Positions 7,809 through 16,889 of a stretch of DNA of 37,717 nt are shown here, one piece after another. Source of the stretch: a virus (lineage: Duplodnaviria > Caudoviricetes); the IMG/VR virus record IMGVR_UViG_3300025288_000006, positions 1 to 37,717 of that record, one strand, 5' to 3'. The position numbers and the translations under genes are program-made. Position 1 is the stretch's first letter. The number at the start of each line of letters is the position of its first letter. The notes below the pieces were generated by a model. It had not been told where the DNA came from, ran no database searches, and saw nothing but the letters and a program-made list of their open reading frames with translations.

Positions 7809-9400
7809 TGCTGGAAACCTTCGCAACTGATCCCGAGATCACCAAGCGGTTCACCAAGCCTGGCCCGGTGGCCTCGGCATTCATGAGCTCGTCGGCGCGG
7901 ATCGTGGGGATCATGGGGCCGCAGGGTGGCGGAAAGACAACCGTGATCATCAACCGGGTGCTGGAAAAAGCCGCGATGCAGCCGCCAAGCCCGATTGACG
8001 GGGTGGCGCGCTATCGCTGTGTGGTCTGGATGCGCACTTATCGCGAGCTCTGGGCCAAGGTCATCCCTGATTGGCTGGAATGGATACCGAAACAGAACAA
8101 GGCGTTTCGGATTTCCTGGACCGGCGGCGTGGATAACCCGGCCGAGCACAAGTTTGAGTTCATCGCCATTGTGGATGGCCAAAAGCGCCGCGTGAAAGCC
8201 GAGGTCTGGTTCCGCGCGATCGGCGATCAGACTGCGACCGAGGCCGCCAAGGGTCTGCACGCCACCGATGGATGGTTGCCGGAAAGCACAAGCGCCACGG
8301 TGGAAATGCGCAAGGCCCTGTTCGGCCGTCTTGGCCGCTATCCGAGCCAGGAGCATGGTGGCGCACCGCACCGCCAGCTCTTTTGCGACTGGAACGCAGG
8401 CGATCCCTACAACTGGACCAGCGAATATTTCATCACCGAGCGCCCGCTCGATGTGGACGAAACCGGCCGCAAGATGGTCGAGTTTTTCCGCCAGCCAGGC
8501 GGCCAGGACGCAGCGGCCGAGAACCTGCACAACCTGCCGGAAGGCTACTACCGCGACCAGTGCGCCGCCAACAGCGACGATCCCGACTGGATCAGGCGCA
8601 TGGTGGATAACCAGATCGGGTTCATGCGCGACGGGATGCCGGTTTATTCGGATTTCGCCGATGAGCTGCATGTGAGCGATACCGAGCTTGTGCCCTGGCG
8701 CGGCGTGCCGCTGATCATCGCGGCCGATGCGGGGTTGACCCCGGCCGCCGTGATCATGCAGCGCAATGCGCATGGCGAGGTCCAGGTATTGCAGGAGCTC
8801 ACGTCGCGCCGGGCTGATGCGGAAACCTTCGGTGAGGCGCTCGTGCTCGCGATCGACAGCCCGCGATACAAGGACGTGCCGCGTGCCCGTGAGCTGTTCG
8901 TGGACCCGACCGCCCTCAACGCGGGGGAAAGCAGCGGCCGGGATAACGAAAACGAGCAACTCAAGTCCTGGGCAAAAATCGTGTCGAAGAAAACCGGACT
9001 GAACGTGCGCCCGAGCCGGTGCGGCAACGATATCGTCATCCGCACCGGATCGGTGCAGCAAATGTTCCGGCGCCGGATCGGCCAGCGCACGGCCTGCCGG
9101 ATTGACCGCAAGCATTGCCCCGAGCTGATCAAAGGGTGCGCGCGCGATTACAAATACGAAAAGGTCGCGGTGGTCACGAAAGCCGGGGGCCTGGAATACA
9201 AGGACAAGCCGAGCAAAAACTTTGCCAGCCACGTCTGCAACGCCCTCGAATATGCCGCCGCCAACGCGGGCGAGCAGGACATTCTGAGCGGCAAGGCTGA
9301 CCGGGTGGCCGCGCGCAAGGCCGAGGCCGCACGGCGCGCAAAGGCCATCGCCGGGCCGCGTCAAAGCGATCCCCTCTCGCAATATGGGAGGGCCGTATGA
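7808..9400 (+). CDS. terL: Terminase large subunit
   Basis: Walker A GPQGGGKT, RTYREL, AENLHNLPEGYY, nuclease motifs AADAGLTPAAV and SHVCNALEY. Confidence 0.93.
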   Translation: MLETFATDPEITKRFTKPGPVASAFMSSSARIVGIMGPQGGGKTTVIINRVLEKAAMQPPSPIDGVARYRCVVWMRTYRELWAKVIPDWLEWIPKQNKAFRISWTGGVDNPAEHKFEFIAIVDGQKRRVKAEVWFRAIGDQTATEAAKGLHATDGWLPESTSATVEMRKALFGRLGRYPSQEHGGAPHRQLFCDWNAGDPYNWTSEYFITERPLDVDETGRKMVEFFRQPGGQDAAAENLHNLPEGYYRDQCAANSDDPDWIRRMVDNQIGFMRDGMPVYSDFADELHVSDTELVPWRGVPLIIAADAGLTPAAVIMQRNAHGEVQVLQELTSRRADAETFGEALVLAIDSPRYKDVPRARELFVDPTALNAGESSGRDNENEQLKSWAKIVSKKTGLNVRPSRCGNDIVIRTGSVQQMFRRRIGQRTACRIDRKHCPELIKGCARDYKYEKVAVVTKAGGLEYKDKPSKNFASHVCNALEYAAANAGEQDILSGKADRVAARKAEAARRAKAIAGPRQSDPLSQYGRAV

Positions 9401-9912
9401 CCGTCGCCTTCACCCCGATTGAGCCCTGGACGCCCGGCACCCGCAAGGCGGTGCTTGAGATCGCGCACAACATGGCCGAGCTCGATGCGGCCGAGATTTT
9501 CGGGCTGCGGCCGCAGTGGCACACGGCCGATGACGTGGTGGCCGATATCGCGGGGCTGATCGCGGCGCGCCGGGTCATTGATGGATTTGTCGCCTGGCAC
9601 CAGGTGGGTGATGAGCCTGTGCCGGTAGCGGTCGCGGTGGCGTTTCGCGGGACAATGCCAAGGGTGGCCGATATCGCGCTCTTTGGCCGGGCGGGACACG
9701 CGCGCGCGGTGCCCGCCGTCTACATGGAAATCGCCTCGCGCATGGTCAGTTTCGGGGCGCAGCACCGGGTTGCCGTGGTGCAGGTGCCGATACTGACGGA
9801 ACACCGGGCGGCGCGGCGCATGGCGCATGCCCTGGGTGGCGAGGCAGTCTTTGATTACGGCCCGGTGGGTGTCCATGGGCAGAGCTACACGCACACAATC
9901 TGGAGGTTGTAA
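9397..9912 (+). CDS. GNAT-fold-like phage protein (T7 gp13-like)
   Basis: N-terminal IA.NM..LD..EI and C-terminal H..A.R....LG....YG..G..Y pattern. Confidence 0.55.
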   Translation: MTVAFTPIEPWTPGTRKAVLEIAHNMAELDAAEIFGLRPQWHTADDVVADIAGLIAARRVIDGFVAWHQVGDEPVPVAVAVAFRGTMPRVADIALFGRAGHARAVPAVYMEIASRMVSFGAQHRVAVVQVPILTEHRAARRMAHALGGEAVFDYGPVGVHGQSYTHTIWRL

Positions 9913-9915
9913 CCT

Positions 9916-10128
9916 ATGGGCTTTCTCATTCCTAAAGCACCGGCTGCTGCGAAGATCACTCCTACCGCCGCCCCGACAACAGATGATCAGCGCGTGCGCG
10001 CGGCGGCAAATAACGCCCGCGAGCGGGCGCTTAACCGCCGGGATAGTGCTGACACGATCGGCGGCGAAAGCACCGGCCGCCGCACCGGCGGCCTTGCTGC
10101 TGCAATGCGCCAGACAGTAGGGGCCTAA
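9916..10128 (+). CDS. Small virion protein preceding the portal
   Basis: MG-P/A-rich start, basic helix, R.DTI motif; position equivalent to T7 gp7.3. Confidence 0.6.
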   Translation: MGFLIPKAPAAAKITPTAAPTTDDQRVRAAANNARERALNRRDSADTIGGESTGRRTGGLAAAMRQTVGA

Positions 10129-10131
10129 GCC

Positions 10132-11757
10132 GTGACCGTGAAACCAGAGATCGACGGGGATCTGAAAAAGCTGATCCACCGGGCGGAATATCGCAAGACG
10201 CTGCGCGAGCCGGTGGTCGCGCGCCGCCAGGCTATTTCCGAGCTGATGCGTCCCTTGCGTGAAGATTGGGAACATGCCGTGGAAGGCCGCCCGCGCTCGG
10301 TCAGGCGCTATGACGGAACCGCCGTGCTCGCGCTCGACCAGGCGGGGGCCAGCATCTATTCCATGCTGACGGCGACGGACAATATCTGGGCACCGCTGGA
10401 ATTTGAGGACGAATGGCGCAAGGACGACAGTGAGGCCCGTACCTGGATGGCCGATGTTAACCGGATCGTGTTTCGATCGCTCGATCCGGCGCGCGACAAT
10501 TTTTACAACGATGCGCCCGAGGTGATCCTTGACAGCATCGGCCTCGGCGATGGGGTGTTCTATTCCTCGCGCCAGCCGGGAACCGAGCTCTTTCACTCCA
10601 AGGCGATCCCCTGGCGCGAAGCCTGCTTTGATATCGGCAACTTTGGTGAGGTCACGCATTTTGACCGCTGGTATTCCGAACCGATCTGGAACGTCGCCGA
10701 GCTCTTCGGCGAGGACGCCTTGCCGGAAAGTTTCAAAAAGCGCCTAAAGGATACCCCAAACGAAAAGACCCGGCTCCTGCACACGGTTGTTCCTGCCAAT
10801 GGCTCAAACCGGGTGTCGAATGTGCATCGGTTCTTGTCCTGCTATGTGCTGACAGAGGCCAGCCATGCCCTCTCGTGGGGCGGATACCGCGACATGCCCT
10901 ATTATGTCAGTAGGTGGGGTGTCGGGTCGGGTGAAACCTACGGGATGGGGCGTGGTGTCTTCGCCCTGCCCGATGCGCAAATCCTCAATGAAATGTCGCG
11001 CACCTCGATCTTGGCGGCACAGAAGGCGGCCGAACCGCCTATGGCCGCGCATGATGAGTTGGCCGGGCTGGTGTCGATGGACCCCAACGCGCTCAACTTC
11101 GGGGCCATTGACGACGCGGGCAATCAGCTCGTGCAGCCGATCCAGACCGGGGCGAATGTCGGGATCAGCCTGGAAATGCAGGATCAGCGCCGCCAGGCGA
11201 TCAAGGATTGCTTTTACCACGCCATGCTTTCGCTGGTCGGCTCGCCCACGCCTTCGGTGGTGGAAATCCTCAAGAACGATGAGCGCCGCGATCAGTCCAT
11301 GGGGCCGAACCTGGCGCGGATCATCAGCGAGTTTCTGTCGCCCTTCATTCAGGGCCGCTACCGCGAGTTGATGCGTGCCGGGCGCATTCCGCCCGCGCCG
11401 CCGGTGGCGCAGCAAGCCAAGCTCAAGGTGCGGTTCGTGTCGCCTCTGGCCAAGGCCCACAAGGCGCAGACGGCACAGGCAACCCTCGCGGCCGTGCGCG
11501 GCGTGGCTGAGGTCGCACAGGTGGACCCGCGCGCCCGCCACGCGATCAACGGCCTGCGGGCGGCAAAGCGCGTGATCGACGGCTTTGCCGCCCCGGATGA
11601 CATCATGTCAACCGAAGAAGAGATCGCGGCCCTGATGGAAGCCGAGACGCAGGCGCAGGAAGGCGCTGAAACGCTGGAAGTGGCCGAGCGCGGATCGCGC
11701 GCGGTCGAAAGCCTGGCGCGCGCCGGGCAGGCCATGCCGCAAGAGGGAGGCGCATAA
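10132..11757 (+). CDS. Portal (head-to-tail connector), T7/BPP-1 type
   Basis: 541 aa; PYYVSRW....GETYG.G...ALPD, GP.L.R...EFL.P and FVSPLAKA motifs. Confidence 0.93.
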   Translation: MTVKPEIDGDLKKLIHRAEYRKTLREPVVARRQAISELMRPLREDWEHAVEGRPRSVRRYDGTAVLALDQAGASIYSMLTATDNIWAPLEFEDEWRKDDSEARTWMADVNRIVFRSLDPARDNFYNDAPEVILDSIGLGDGVFYSSRQPGTELFHSKAIPWREACFDIGNFGEVTHFDRWYSEPIWNVAELFGEDALPESFKKRLKDTPNEKTRLLHTVVPANGSNRVSNVHRFLSCYVLTEASHALSWGGYRDMPYYVSRWGVGSGETYGMGRGVFALPDAQILNEMSRTSILAAQKAAEPPMAAHDELAGLVSMDPNALNFGAIDDAGNQLVQPIQTGANVGISLEMQDQRRQAIKDCFYHAMLSLVGSPTPSVVEILKNDERRDQSMGPNLARIISEFLSPFIQGRYRELMRAGRIPPAPPVAQQAKLKVRFVSPLAKAHKAQTAQATLAAVRGVAEVAQVDPRARHAINGLRAAKRVIDGFAAPDDIMSTEEEIAALMEAETQAQEGAETLEVAERGSRAVESLARAGQAMPQEGGA

Positions 11758-11759
11758 TC

Positions 11760-12041
11760 ATGCCAATGTTTCGGAAAAGGGTTGTAACGATTGAAGCGCG
11801 GCAGGCGCACGGAACCCCAGAAAGCAACCGCGAAATCATCGACTGGACACGGGGAAGCGAAACGCCAGCGTTCATGGATAAGCGCCCGGCTGTTGCCGGG
11901 CCTGATCTGCCGTGCCTGTCCATCAACACCCTTGAGGGCGCGCTTTTTGTCAGCCCCGGCGACTGGATCATTCGCGGCGTCAACGGCGAGCATTACCCCT
12001 GCAAGCCCGACATTTTCGCAAAAACCTACGAGCCAGTTTAA
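11760..12041 (+). CDS. Conserved phage protein (PGDWII / YPCKPDIF.KTYE family)
   Basis: FRKR.V.IEA.Q, INTLEG...VSPGDWIIRG..GE.YPCKPDIFAKTYE. Confidence 0.85.
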   Translation: MPMFRKRVVTIEARQAHGTPESNREIIDWTRGSETPAFMDKRPAVAGPDLPCLSINTLEGALFVSPGDWIIRGVNGEHYPCKPDIFAKTYEPV

Positions 12042-12064
12042 CCCCAACCATAGGAGCGAACCCC

Positions 12065-12562
12065 TTGGAACATTCAGAAGCGACAATCGAAAAGCAAATC
12101 CAGGCAAAGGGCCTCACGGCCCCACGCCTGACCCCCGCCGTGATTGATGGCGCAATCTCGTCAGAGCAATATTATGTGCCGCCTGGCACCACGTTGACGC
12201 TTTGCACGCTGATCTTGCGCAACGGCTTCACTGTGACCGGCGAAAGTGCGGCGGCCTCGCCGGAAAACTTTGATGCCGAGATCGGCCGCAAGATCGCGCG
12301 CGAGAATGCCCGCCAGAAGATATGGGCTCTTGAGGGCTATCTGCTCAAGCAATGGCTCTATGACCAGACAAGCGCGGTGGCAAAAAGCAGCCGGCCGGGC
12401 AACAACCTGGACGAGCTGCACAGTTTCAGGCTGCGCTCGGCCCTCGCCGAGCTGGCCGATGTGGTGCGTGTGGTGGCAACCGATGTGGCTTTGCCCAAGA
12501 CCGAGCGCACGCGCCTGGACGCGGCGCTTGCGGCGGCCGATCATCTGACGGGCGTTGCGTGA
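12065..12562 (+). CDS. N4 gp49/Sf6 gp66-family protein (Phage_gp49_66) with a C-terminal helical extension
   Basis: APRLTP..I, LT.C.L.LRNGFTVTGESA.ASPENFDAEIGRKIA..NA..KIW.LEGYLLK; TTG start after AGGAG. Confidence 0.85.
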   Translation: MEHSEATIEKQIQAKGLTAPRLTPAVIDGAISSEQYYVPPGTTLTLCTLILRNGFTVTGESAAASPENFDAEIGRKIARENARQKIWALEGYLLKQWLYDQTSAVAKSSRPGNNLDELHSFRLRSALAELADVVRVVATDVALPKTERTRLDAALAAADHLTGVA

Positions 12563-12858
12563 TGACGGCCGCAAGCCCCTTCGGCCCGGCGCAGCTCATC
12601 AAGGGTGTGCTCAAATGCACCGATGAAGAGGCGCAATCGGTGGTCAACGTGCTGGCCGGGCCGATGCAGCACCGGCACACGCGCGCCTTTCTGGCGATCG
12701 CGCTGCACCTTTCCAACACCACGCGCACCACAAAGGCCACGCGCGATGATGTGTTGATCAATGAGGGCAAGCGCCAGTTCGGCCTTTTCCTCTCGTCATG
12801 CGCCCAAGCGGGCCTTGATCTGGACCTTTACAGCAATCCGAATGGAGCATCCGAATGA
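12559..12858 (+). CDS. Bbp19-like small head-region protein
   Basis: NEGKRQFGLFL motif; position between portal and scaffold. Confidence 0.6.
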   Translation: MMTAASPFGPAQLIKGVLKCTDEEAQSVVNVLAGPMQHRHTRAFLAIALHLSNTTRTTKATRDDVLINEGKRQFGLFLSSCAQAGLDLDLYSNPNGASE

Positions 12859-13844
12859 ACCGTTTTACCCTGATCCGTCGCATGGTCTTTTCGCCGGAAG
12901 GCGAGGGAAACCCTGCTGGCGGTGATGCCGCCGCAGCGGCCGCCGCCGCCGGTTCCTCCCCCGGTGGTGATGCGGCCGCAGCGGCGGCCGCTGCGGCCGC
13001 AGCCAAGCCCGCCGGGGAGGCTGACCCTGCCGGTGGCAAGCCCGCAGATCACCCGTTCAAGTGGTTTGGCGATGAGGTCGATGACGACACCAAAGCCTAT
13101 CTGGAAGCCAAGGCGTTCAAAAAACCGGCCGATCTCTACAAGTCCCTGCGCGGGGCTGAAAAGCTGATCCGGGGCGACCAGGTTGCCGGGCCGCCGGATG
13201 ACCCGGAAAAGCATGCGGACTGGCTCAAGGAAAGCGGCCTGGCCAAGCGCCTCGGCATCCCCGAAGAGCCCACCGGCTACACCGTGAAGCCACCGCAGTT
13301 TGACGACGCGATCAAGGGCATGATCCAGTATGACGATGACCGGCACGGGCGCTTGCTGGCGGCGGCTCATAAGATCAACCTGACCCCTGGTCAGGTCGAG
13401 GGCGTGCTCGGCTTCTACTCGGCCGAGATCGCGGCCGATGCGCAAAACTACACCACGGCCGCGCAGGCGGATGAAGAGGGCATGCAGACCACGCTCAAGC
13501 GCGAGTGGGGCGATGGCTACGAGGTCAACGTGCGCGCCGCCCTGGAAGTGGCCGCCGAGGTCGGGCTCGATGAGGCGGCGGTCGAAAGCCTGCGGGTCGG
13601 CAAGGTGGTGGGCAGCGCGCAACTTACCAAAATCCTGCACGAGCTGGCGGTCGCGCGCGGCAATGACACGCTCAAGGGTGGCGGCAAGGGCGGGGGCGAT
13701 GCAGGCAAGAACGCACAGGCCGAGCTCGATGCCTTCAACGCAAAGAATGTGGAGGCCCTGACCAAGCACGATCACCCTGAGCACGCAAGCGCCTTGCGCC
13801 GGATGCAAGAGCTCAAGCGTGCCGCCGGTCGCGGATCGCAGTAA
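12855..13844 (+). CDS. Capsid scaffolding/assembly protein
   Basis: Ala/Gly-rich N-terminus, LGIPE.P.GY, L..EWG..Y..N and HPEH motifs; lies upstream of the capsid gene. Confidence 0.8.
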   Translation: MNRFTLIRRMVFSPEGEGNPAGGDAAAAAAAAGSSPGGDAAAAAAAAAAAKPAGEADPAGGKPADHPFKWFGDEVDDDTKAYLEAKAFKKPADLYKSLRGAEKLIRGDQVAGPPDDPEKHADWLKESGLAKRLGIPEEPTGYTVKPPQFDDAIKGMIQYDDDRHGRLLAAAHKINLTPGQVEGVLGFYSAEIAADAQNYTTAAQADEEGMQTTLKREWGDGYEVNVRAALEVAAEVGLDEAAVESLRVGKVVGSAQLTKILHELAVARGNDTLKGGGKGGGDAGKNAQAELDAFNAKNVEALTKHDHPEHASALRRMQELKRAAGRGSQ

Positions 13845-13854
13845 AAGGTGATTG

Positions 13855-13890
13855 GGGCGGGTCATCTTCGGGTTGACCCGCCCGAATTTA
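13855..13890 (+). terminator. Stable hairpin or terminator after the scaffold gene
   Basis: GGGCGGGTCA-TCTTCGGGT-TGACCCGCCC with a cUUCGg loop; weak U tail. Confidence 0.6.
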
Positions 13891-13948
13891 TGCCCCTATG
13901 TGGTGGAACAACTTTGCGAACCAACAAAATCTACGATGGAGAAATCAG

Positions 13949-14206
13949 ATGACGCACACTTTGCGGCTCGTTGCGAGCTGTGATGAGCAGACGGCTGACA
14001 CCCTGTTTGCTGCGGCGATCGAGCCGCTTCCCGCTGGCGTTTGTGCAACGGCCATTGTCGCGCATGCCGCCAGCCTGGCCCGTGATACTGTGCATGTGAT
14101 GCGGCGGGATGATGAGCCTGCGATCCTGGCAAGCATTGCTCTGGTCATCCCTGACCAGGCCCTCAAGGTCGCCTATCTGGAAGCGATCGGCGCGCAACTG
14201 ATCTGA
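13949..14206 (+). CDS. Moron-like hypothetical protein (85 aa)
   Basis: GGAG RBS; flanked by hairpin terminators. Confidence 0.65.
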   Translation: MTHTLRLVASCDEQTADTLFAAAIEPLPAGVCATAIVAHAASLARDTVHVMRRDDEPAILASIALVIPDQALKVAYLEAIGAQLI

Positions 14207-14230
14207 TCTTACCTATGTTTTTAGTGTGTG

Positions 14231-14258
14231 ACCCTCGGCTTGCCGGGGGTTTTTTATT
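14231..14258 (+). terminator. Rho-independent terminator
   Basis: ACCCTCGGC-TT-GCCGGGGGT followed by TTTTT. Confidence 0.8.
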
Positions 14259-14368
14259 GCGCGTGTAGTGTGGTGCGCTGTATGCCCGTTCCCCATAGTA
14301 TCAACGCAGAAAGGGCGGTGCTATTTCTGCGGGCGTGGCTTGTGTAGTGCATGGAGGTTTACAAGATC

Positions 14369-14539
14369 ATGGCAGCAAATTGGGAAGAACACCTAAAAGA
14401 TGATGAAAAGCAAAGGCTTGCCGCCTTGCGCTTTCGCCGTGAGCTGAAACGGAAAACGCTGGATGAGATCGGCGATGAGATTGACCGCATGATGAACCGG
14501 GCGATACGCCGCAAGCGCCGGGCCGAAGGCAAGAAGTAG
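14369..14539 (+). CDS. Small Arg/Lys-rich coiled-coil protein (56 aa)
   Basis: GGAGG RBS; ends MNRAIRRKRRAEGKK; has its own terminator. Confidence 0.7.
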   Translation: MAANWEEHLKDDEKQRLAALRFRRELKRKTLDEIGDEIDRMMNRAIRRKRRAEGKK

Positions 14540-14562
14540 CCCCGGCCCCTCTTTGTCACCCC

Positions 14563-14598
14563 GCCCGGCCCTGGATCACCACGGCCGGGCTTTTTATT
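14563..14598 (+). terminator. Rho-independent terminator
   Basis: GCCCGGCC...GGCCGGGC followed by TTTTT. Confidence 0.75.
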
Positions 14599-14619
14599 GT
14601 GGTAAGGGGCTTGTTTTTT

Positions 14620-14634
14620 ACTCCATATTGGAGT
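14620..14634. promoter_or_regulatory. Palindromic operator ACTCCA-N3-TGGAGT upstream of the capsid gene
   Basis: ACTCCATATTGGAGT; same arms as at 28298 and 36736. Confidence 0.75.
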
Positions 14635-14798
14635 GATAACTAAAGCACCGGCCGCCCCGCAGATCGCGGGACCGGGGGACAAGATGGGAAAGTCCTCGGG
14701 TGCGCGCCCCGCTCGGCGCGAAGATAGGGCCTAGTTGAGACTGGCCGCCCCTGTCGAGTTTTGGTCTGAAACTTAGGCATTTTAAGGGGAGTGAACCC

Positions 14799-15713
14799 AT
14801 GCCCGAAGATAGCAAGTATGAAGGCTACGCCGACGATTTCAAGATCGGCTATGACCTGGCACTGCAACAGAAGAAATCCCGCTTCAAGGATAAGGTGAAG
14901 TGGGTTGCGCCGGTCAAGGCTGACGGCGCGCAGCTCGTGGACCATATCCTGCCTTTCGAGGCTGAGATCGGCGGCGCTGATCTGTCGGATACCAAATGGA
15001 CGCACCCTGAAATGCTCCCCCGTTGGGCCTTCCCGGTGCCGATCCGTGTCACCGTTCCTGTGACCACGACTGACCGCCTGTCGATGCTAGCCGATCCGTC
15101 GAACGATCTCACCATGTCGATCATCGCGGCGCAGCACCGCGCGCTCGATGGCAAGATCATTGTGCCCGCCTTCTTCCGCGACGTGACCGCAGGTAAGGAC
15201 AAAGACAAAACCAAAGTCTTTGATCCGGCGCATGTCATCAGTCAGGACGTGGGCGGCGTGGGCTCCGGGATCAACCGCGACAAGATGGACAACGCAATCG
15301 AGCTCTTCGAGCTTGCCGAGGTCGATCTTGAGGAAGAAATGCCGTGGATGGCGATCACGCCCCGGCAGCACCGCATCCTGCGCAACCTGGCCGAAGTCAA
15401 GAACATCGACTTTCAGAAGCTCGGCGGCGTGGTCAAGGATGGCCGGGTGACGCAGTTCCTCGGCTTCGATGTGTTCGTGTCGAACCGTCTCAACAAAATC
15501 CTGATCGGTGCGGTCAGCTATGTTGAGGTGCCGGTCTGGGTGCCTTCGGGTCTGCTGGTGCAGCCTTGGATGGAGCCGAAAGTAAAGATCAGCGAGCGGG
15601 CCGACAAAAACTATACCACGCAGCTCTTTTGCGAGGCGCGCTATGGCGCGATCCGCTCTGAGGAAGGCCGCGTGATCAAAATCCTCTGCAACGAGGAAGC
15701 CCTGCCGGTCTGA
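14799..15713 (+). CDS. Major capsid protein
   Basis: 304 aa; LQQK.SR, G.V..FLGF....SNRL, ISERADKNY.TQ and GA.R.EE..V motifs; AAGGGGAG RBS. Confidence 0.9.
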   Translation: MPEDSKYEGYADDFKIGYDLALQQKKSRFKDKVKWVAPVKADGAQLVDHILPFEAEIGGADLSDTKWTHPEMLPRWAFPVPIRVTVPVTTTDRLSMLADPSNDLTMSIIAAQHRALDGKIIVPAFFRDVTAGKDKDKTKVFDPAHVISQDVGGVGSGINRDKMDNAIELFELAEVDLEEEMPWMAITPRQHRILRNLAEVKNIDFQKLGGVVKDGRVTQFLGFDVFVSNRLNKILIGAVSYVEVPVWVPSGLLVQPWMEPKVKISERADKNYTTQLFCEARYGAIRSEEGRVIKILCNEEALPV

Positions 15714-15732
15714 TCGGCCGCAACGAGCTGAC

Positions 15733-15764
15733 GCCGGGCGGCCTGATCGCCCGGCTTCCCTTCA
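15733..15764 (+). terminator. Hairpin after the capsid gene
   Basis: GCCGGGCG...CGCCCGGC followed by a pyrimidine run. Confidence 0.5.
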
Positions 15765-15797
15765 CCCTTCCCCGCTTCTTACACAAGGAAATCTCTC

Positions 15798-16265
15798 ATG
15801 GCTGTTCGTCAAGCTCTCGCCACCGGAATGCCCGATCTCACCGCCGCCAAGCCAGGCAAGGCCGATGTGACCGTAAACCACGGCGCTCTGCGCACGTCCT
15901 GTTTCACCGCCGCCATCCTGAATGGTGACAGCATCAACTCCACCTTTGTCGTGGGCCGTCTGCCGTCACACGCGCGCGTCTCGCGCCTGAGCAAAATTCA
16001 CTCGTCCGGCATTGCCGGGATGACGGATACCGATCTCGGCACGCCGGAAAACCCTCATTGTCTGGTAGATGGCCAGACCCTTGCGGCGACCGGCACCGTG
16101 GAAGGCGCTTCTGCAATCCCGGTGGCTGGTGAGGCGCTTGCGCTCTGGCAGCACGCCGGGCTGACGGCTGATCCAAAGCGGGAAATGGACATCATCCTGA
16201 CCATGAAAACCGCTTCCATCGCCGCCGGGACTGTCACTGTCGATCTCGTCTACATCACCGAATAA
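15798..16265 (+). CDS. Capsid decoration/cement-like protein (Bbp16-like)
   Basis: Beta-rich 155 aa with LP..ARV and G.V.V.L.Y motifs, directly after the capsid gene. Confidence 0.6.
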   Translation: MAVRQALATGMPDLTAAKPGKADVTVNHGALRTSCFTAAILNGDSINSTFVVGRLPSHARVSRLSKIHSSGIAGMTDTDLGTPENPHCLVDGQTLAATGTVEGASAIPVAGEALALWQHAGLTADPKREMDIILTMKTASIAAGTVTVDLVYITE

Positions 16266-16277
16266 GGTGCAGGGCGC

Positions 16278-16889
16278 ATGAGCGAAGAACAATCACGCAC
16301 CGGGATCGCATCCGCCGCCTTGATGCACCTTGGCCGCGATCCGATAGCTGATCTGGACGCCTCGCGCGACCAGACGGCCGTGATGGTGCGTGAGCGTTAT
16401 CCGCTTGTGCGCGATGCCCTGCTTCGGTCCTACCCGTGGAATTTTGCCATGCGGTTTGCCGCTCTGCCGGGATCGGCCTTGCCGGTTGCGCAGTTCGGGT
16501 TCACCCACAAATGCGCCCTGCCTGCGGGTGGGGCGCAGCTCTATTGCCTGCGGCTCTGGCGGCTCGAAAACAAGGGCATCAAATACCAGGTCCAGGGGCG
16601 TTCCCTGCTGGTCTGTGGCGTGCCGCCGATAACAATTGCCTATGTCGGCCGGGTTACGAATGAGGAAGAGTTCGATCCCATGTTCTGCGAGCTCCTGGCG
16701 CTCGATCTCGCGCTCGCCCTGGTCAACCGCCTCCCCTCGAATGAGGTCCGCAAGCGCGGCAACGAGCTGCGCCAGGACCGCGCCCGCCTGCGGCGCTCTT
16801 CCGCGATGACAGATGCGATGGAAAGCTCGCCCGGCGAGACGACTGGCGGCGACACGGGAAGCTGGCTCGGCGCGCGGAGGCCGCTCTAA
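16278..16889 (+). CDS. Tail tubular protein A / adaptor (T7 gp11-like)
   Basis: IA..AL..LG...I, RD.LLR.YPWNFA and FDP.F...LA..LA motifs. Confidence 0.85.
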   Translation: MSEEQSRTGIASAALMHLGRDPIADLDASRDQTAVMVRERYPLVRDALLRSYPWNFAMRFAALPGSALPVAQFGFTHKCALPAGGAQLYCLRLWRLENKGIKYQVQGRSLLVCGVPPITIAYVGRVTNEEEFDPMFCELLALDLALALVNRLPSNEVRKRGNELRQDRARLRRSSAMTDAMESSPGETTGGDTGSWLGARRPL

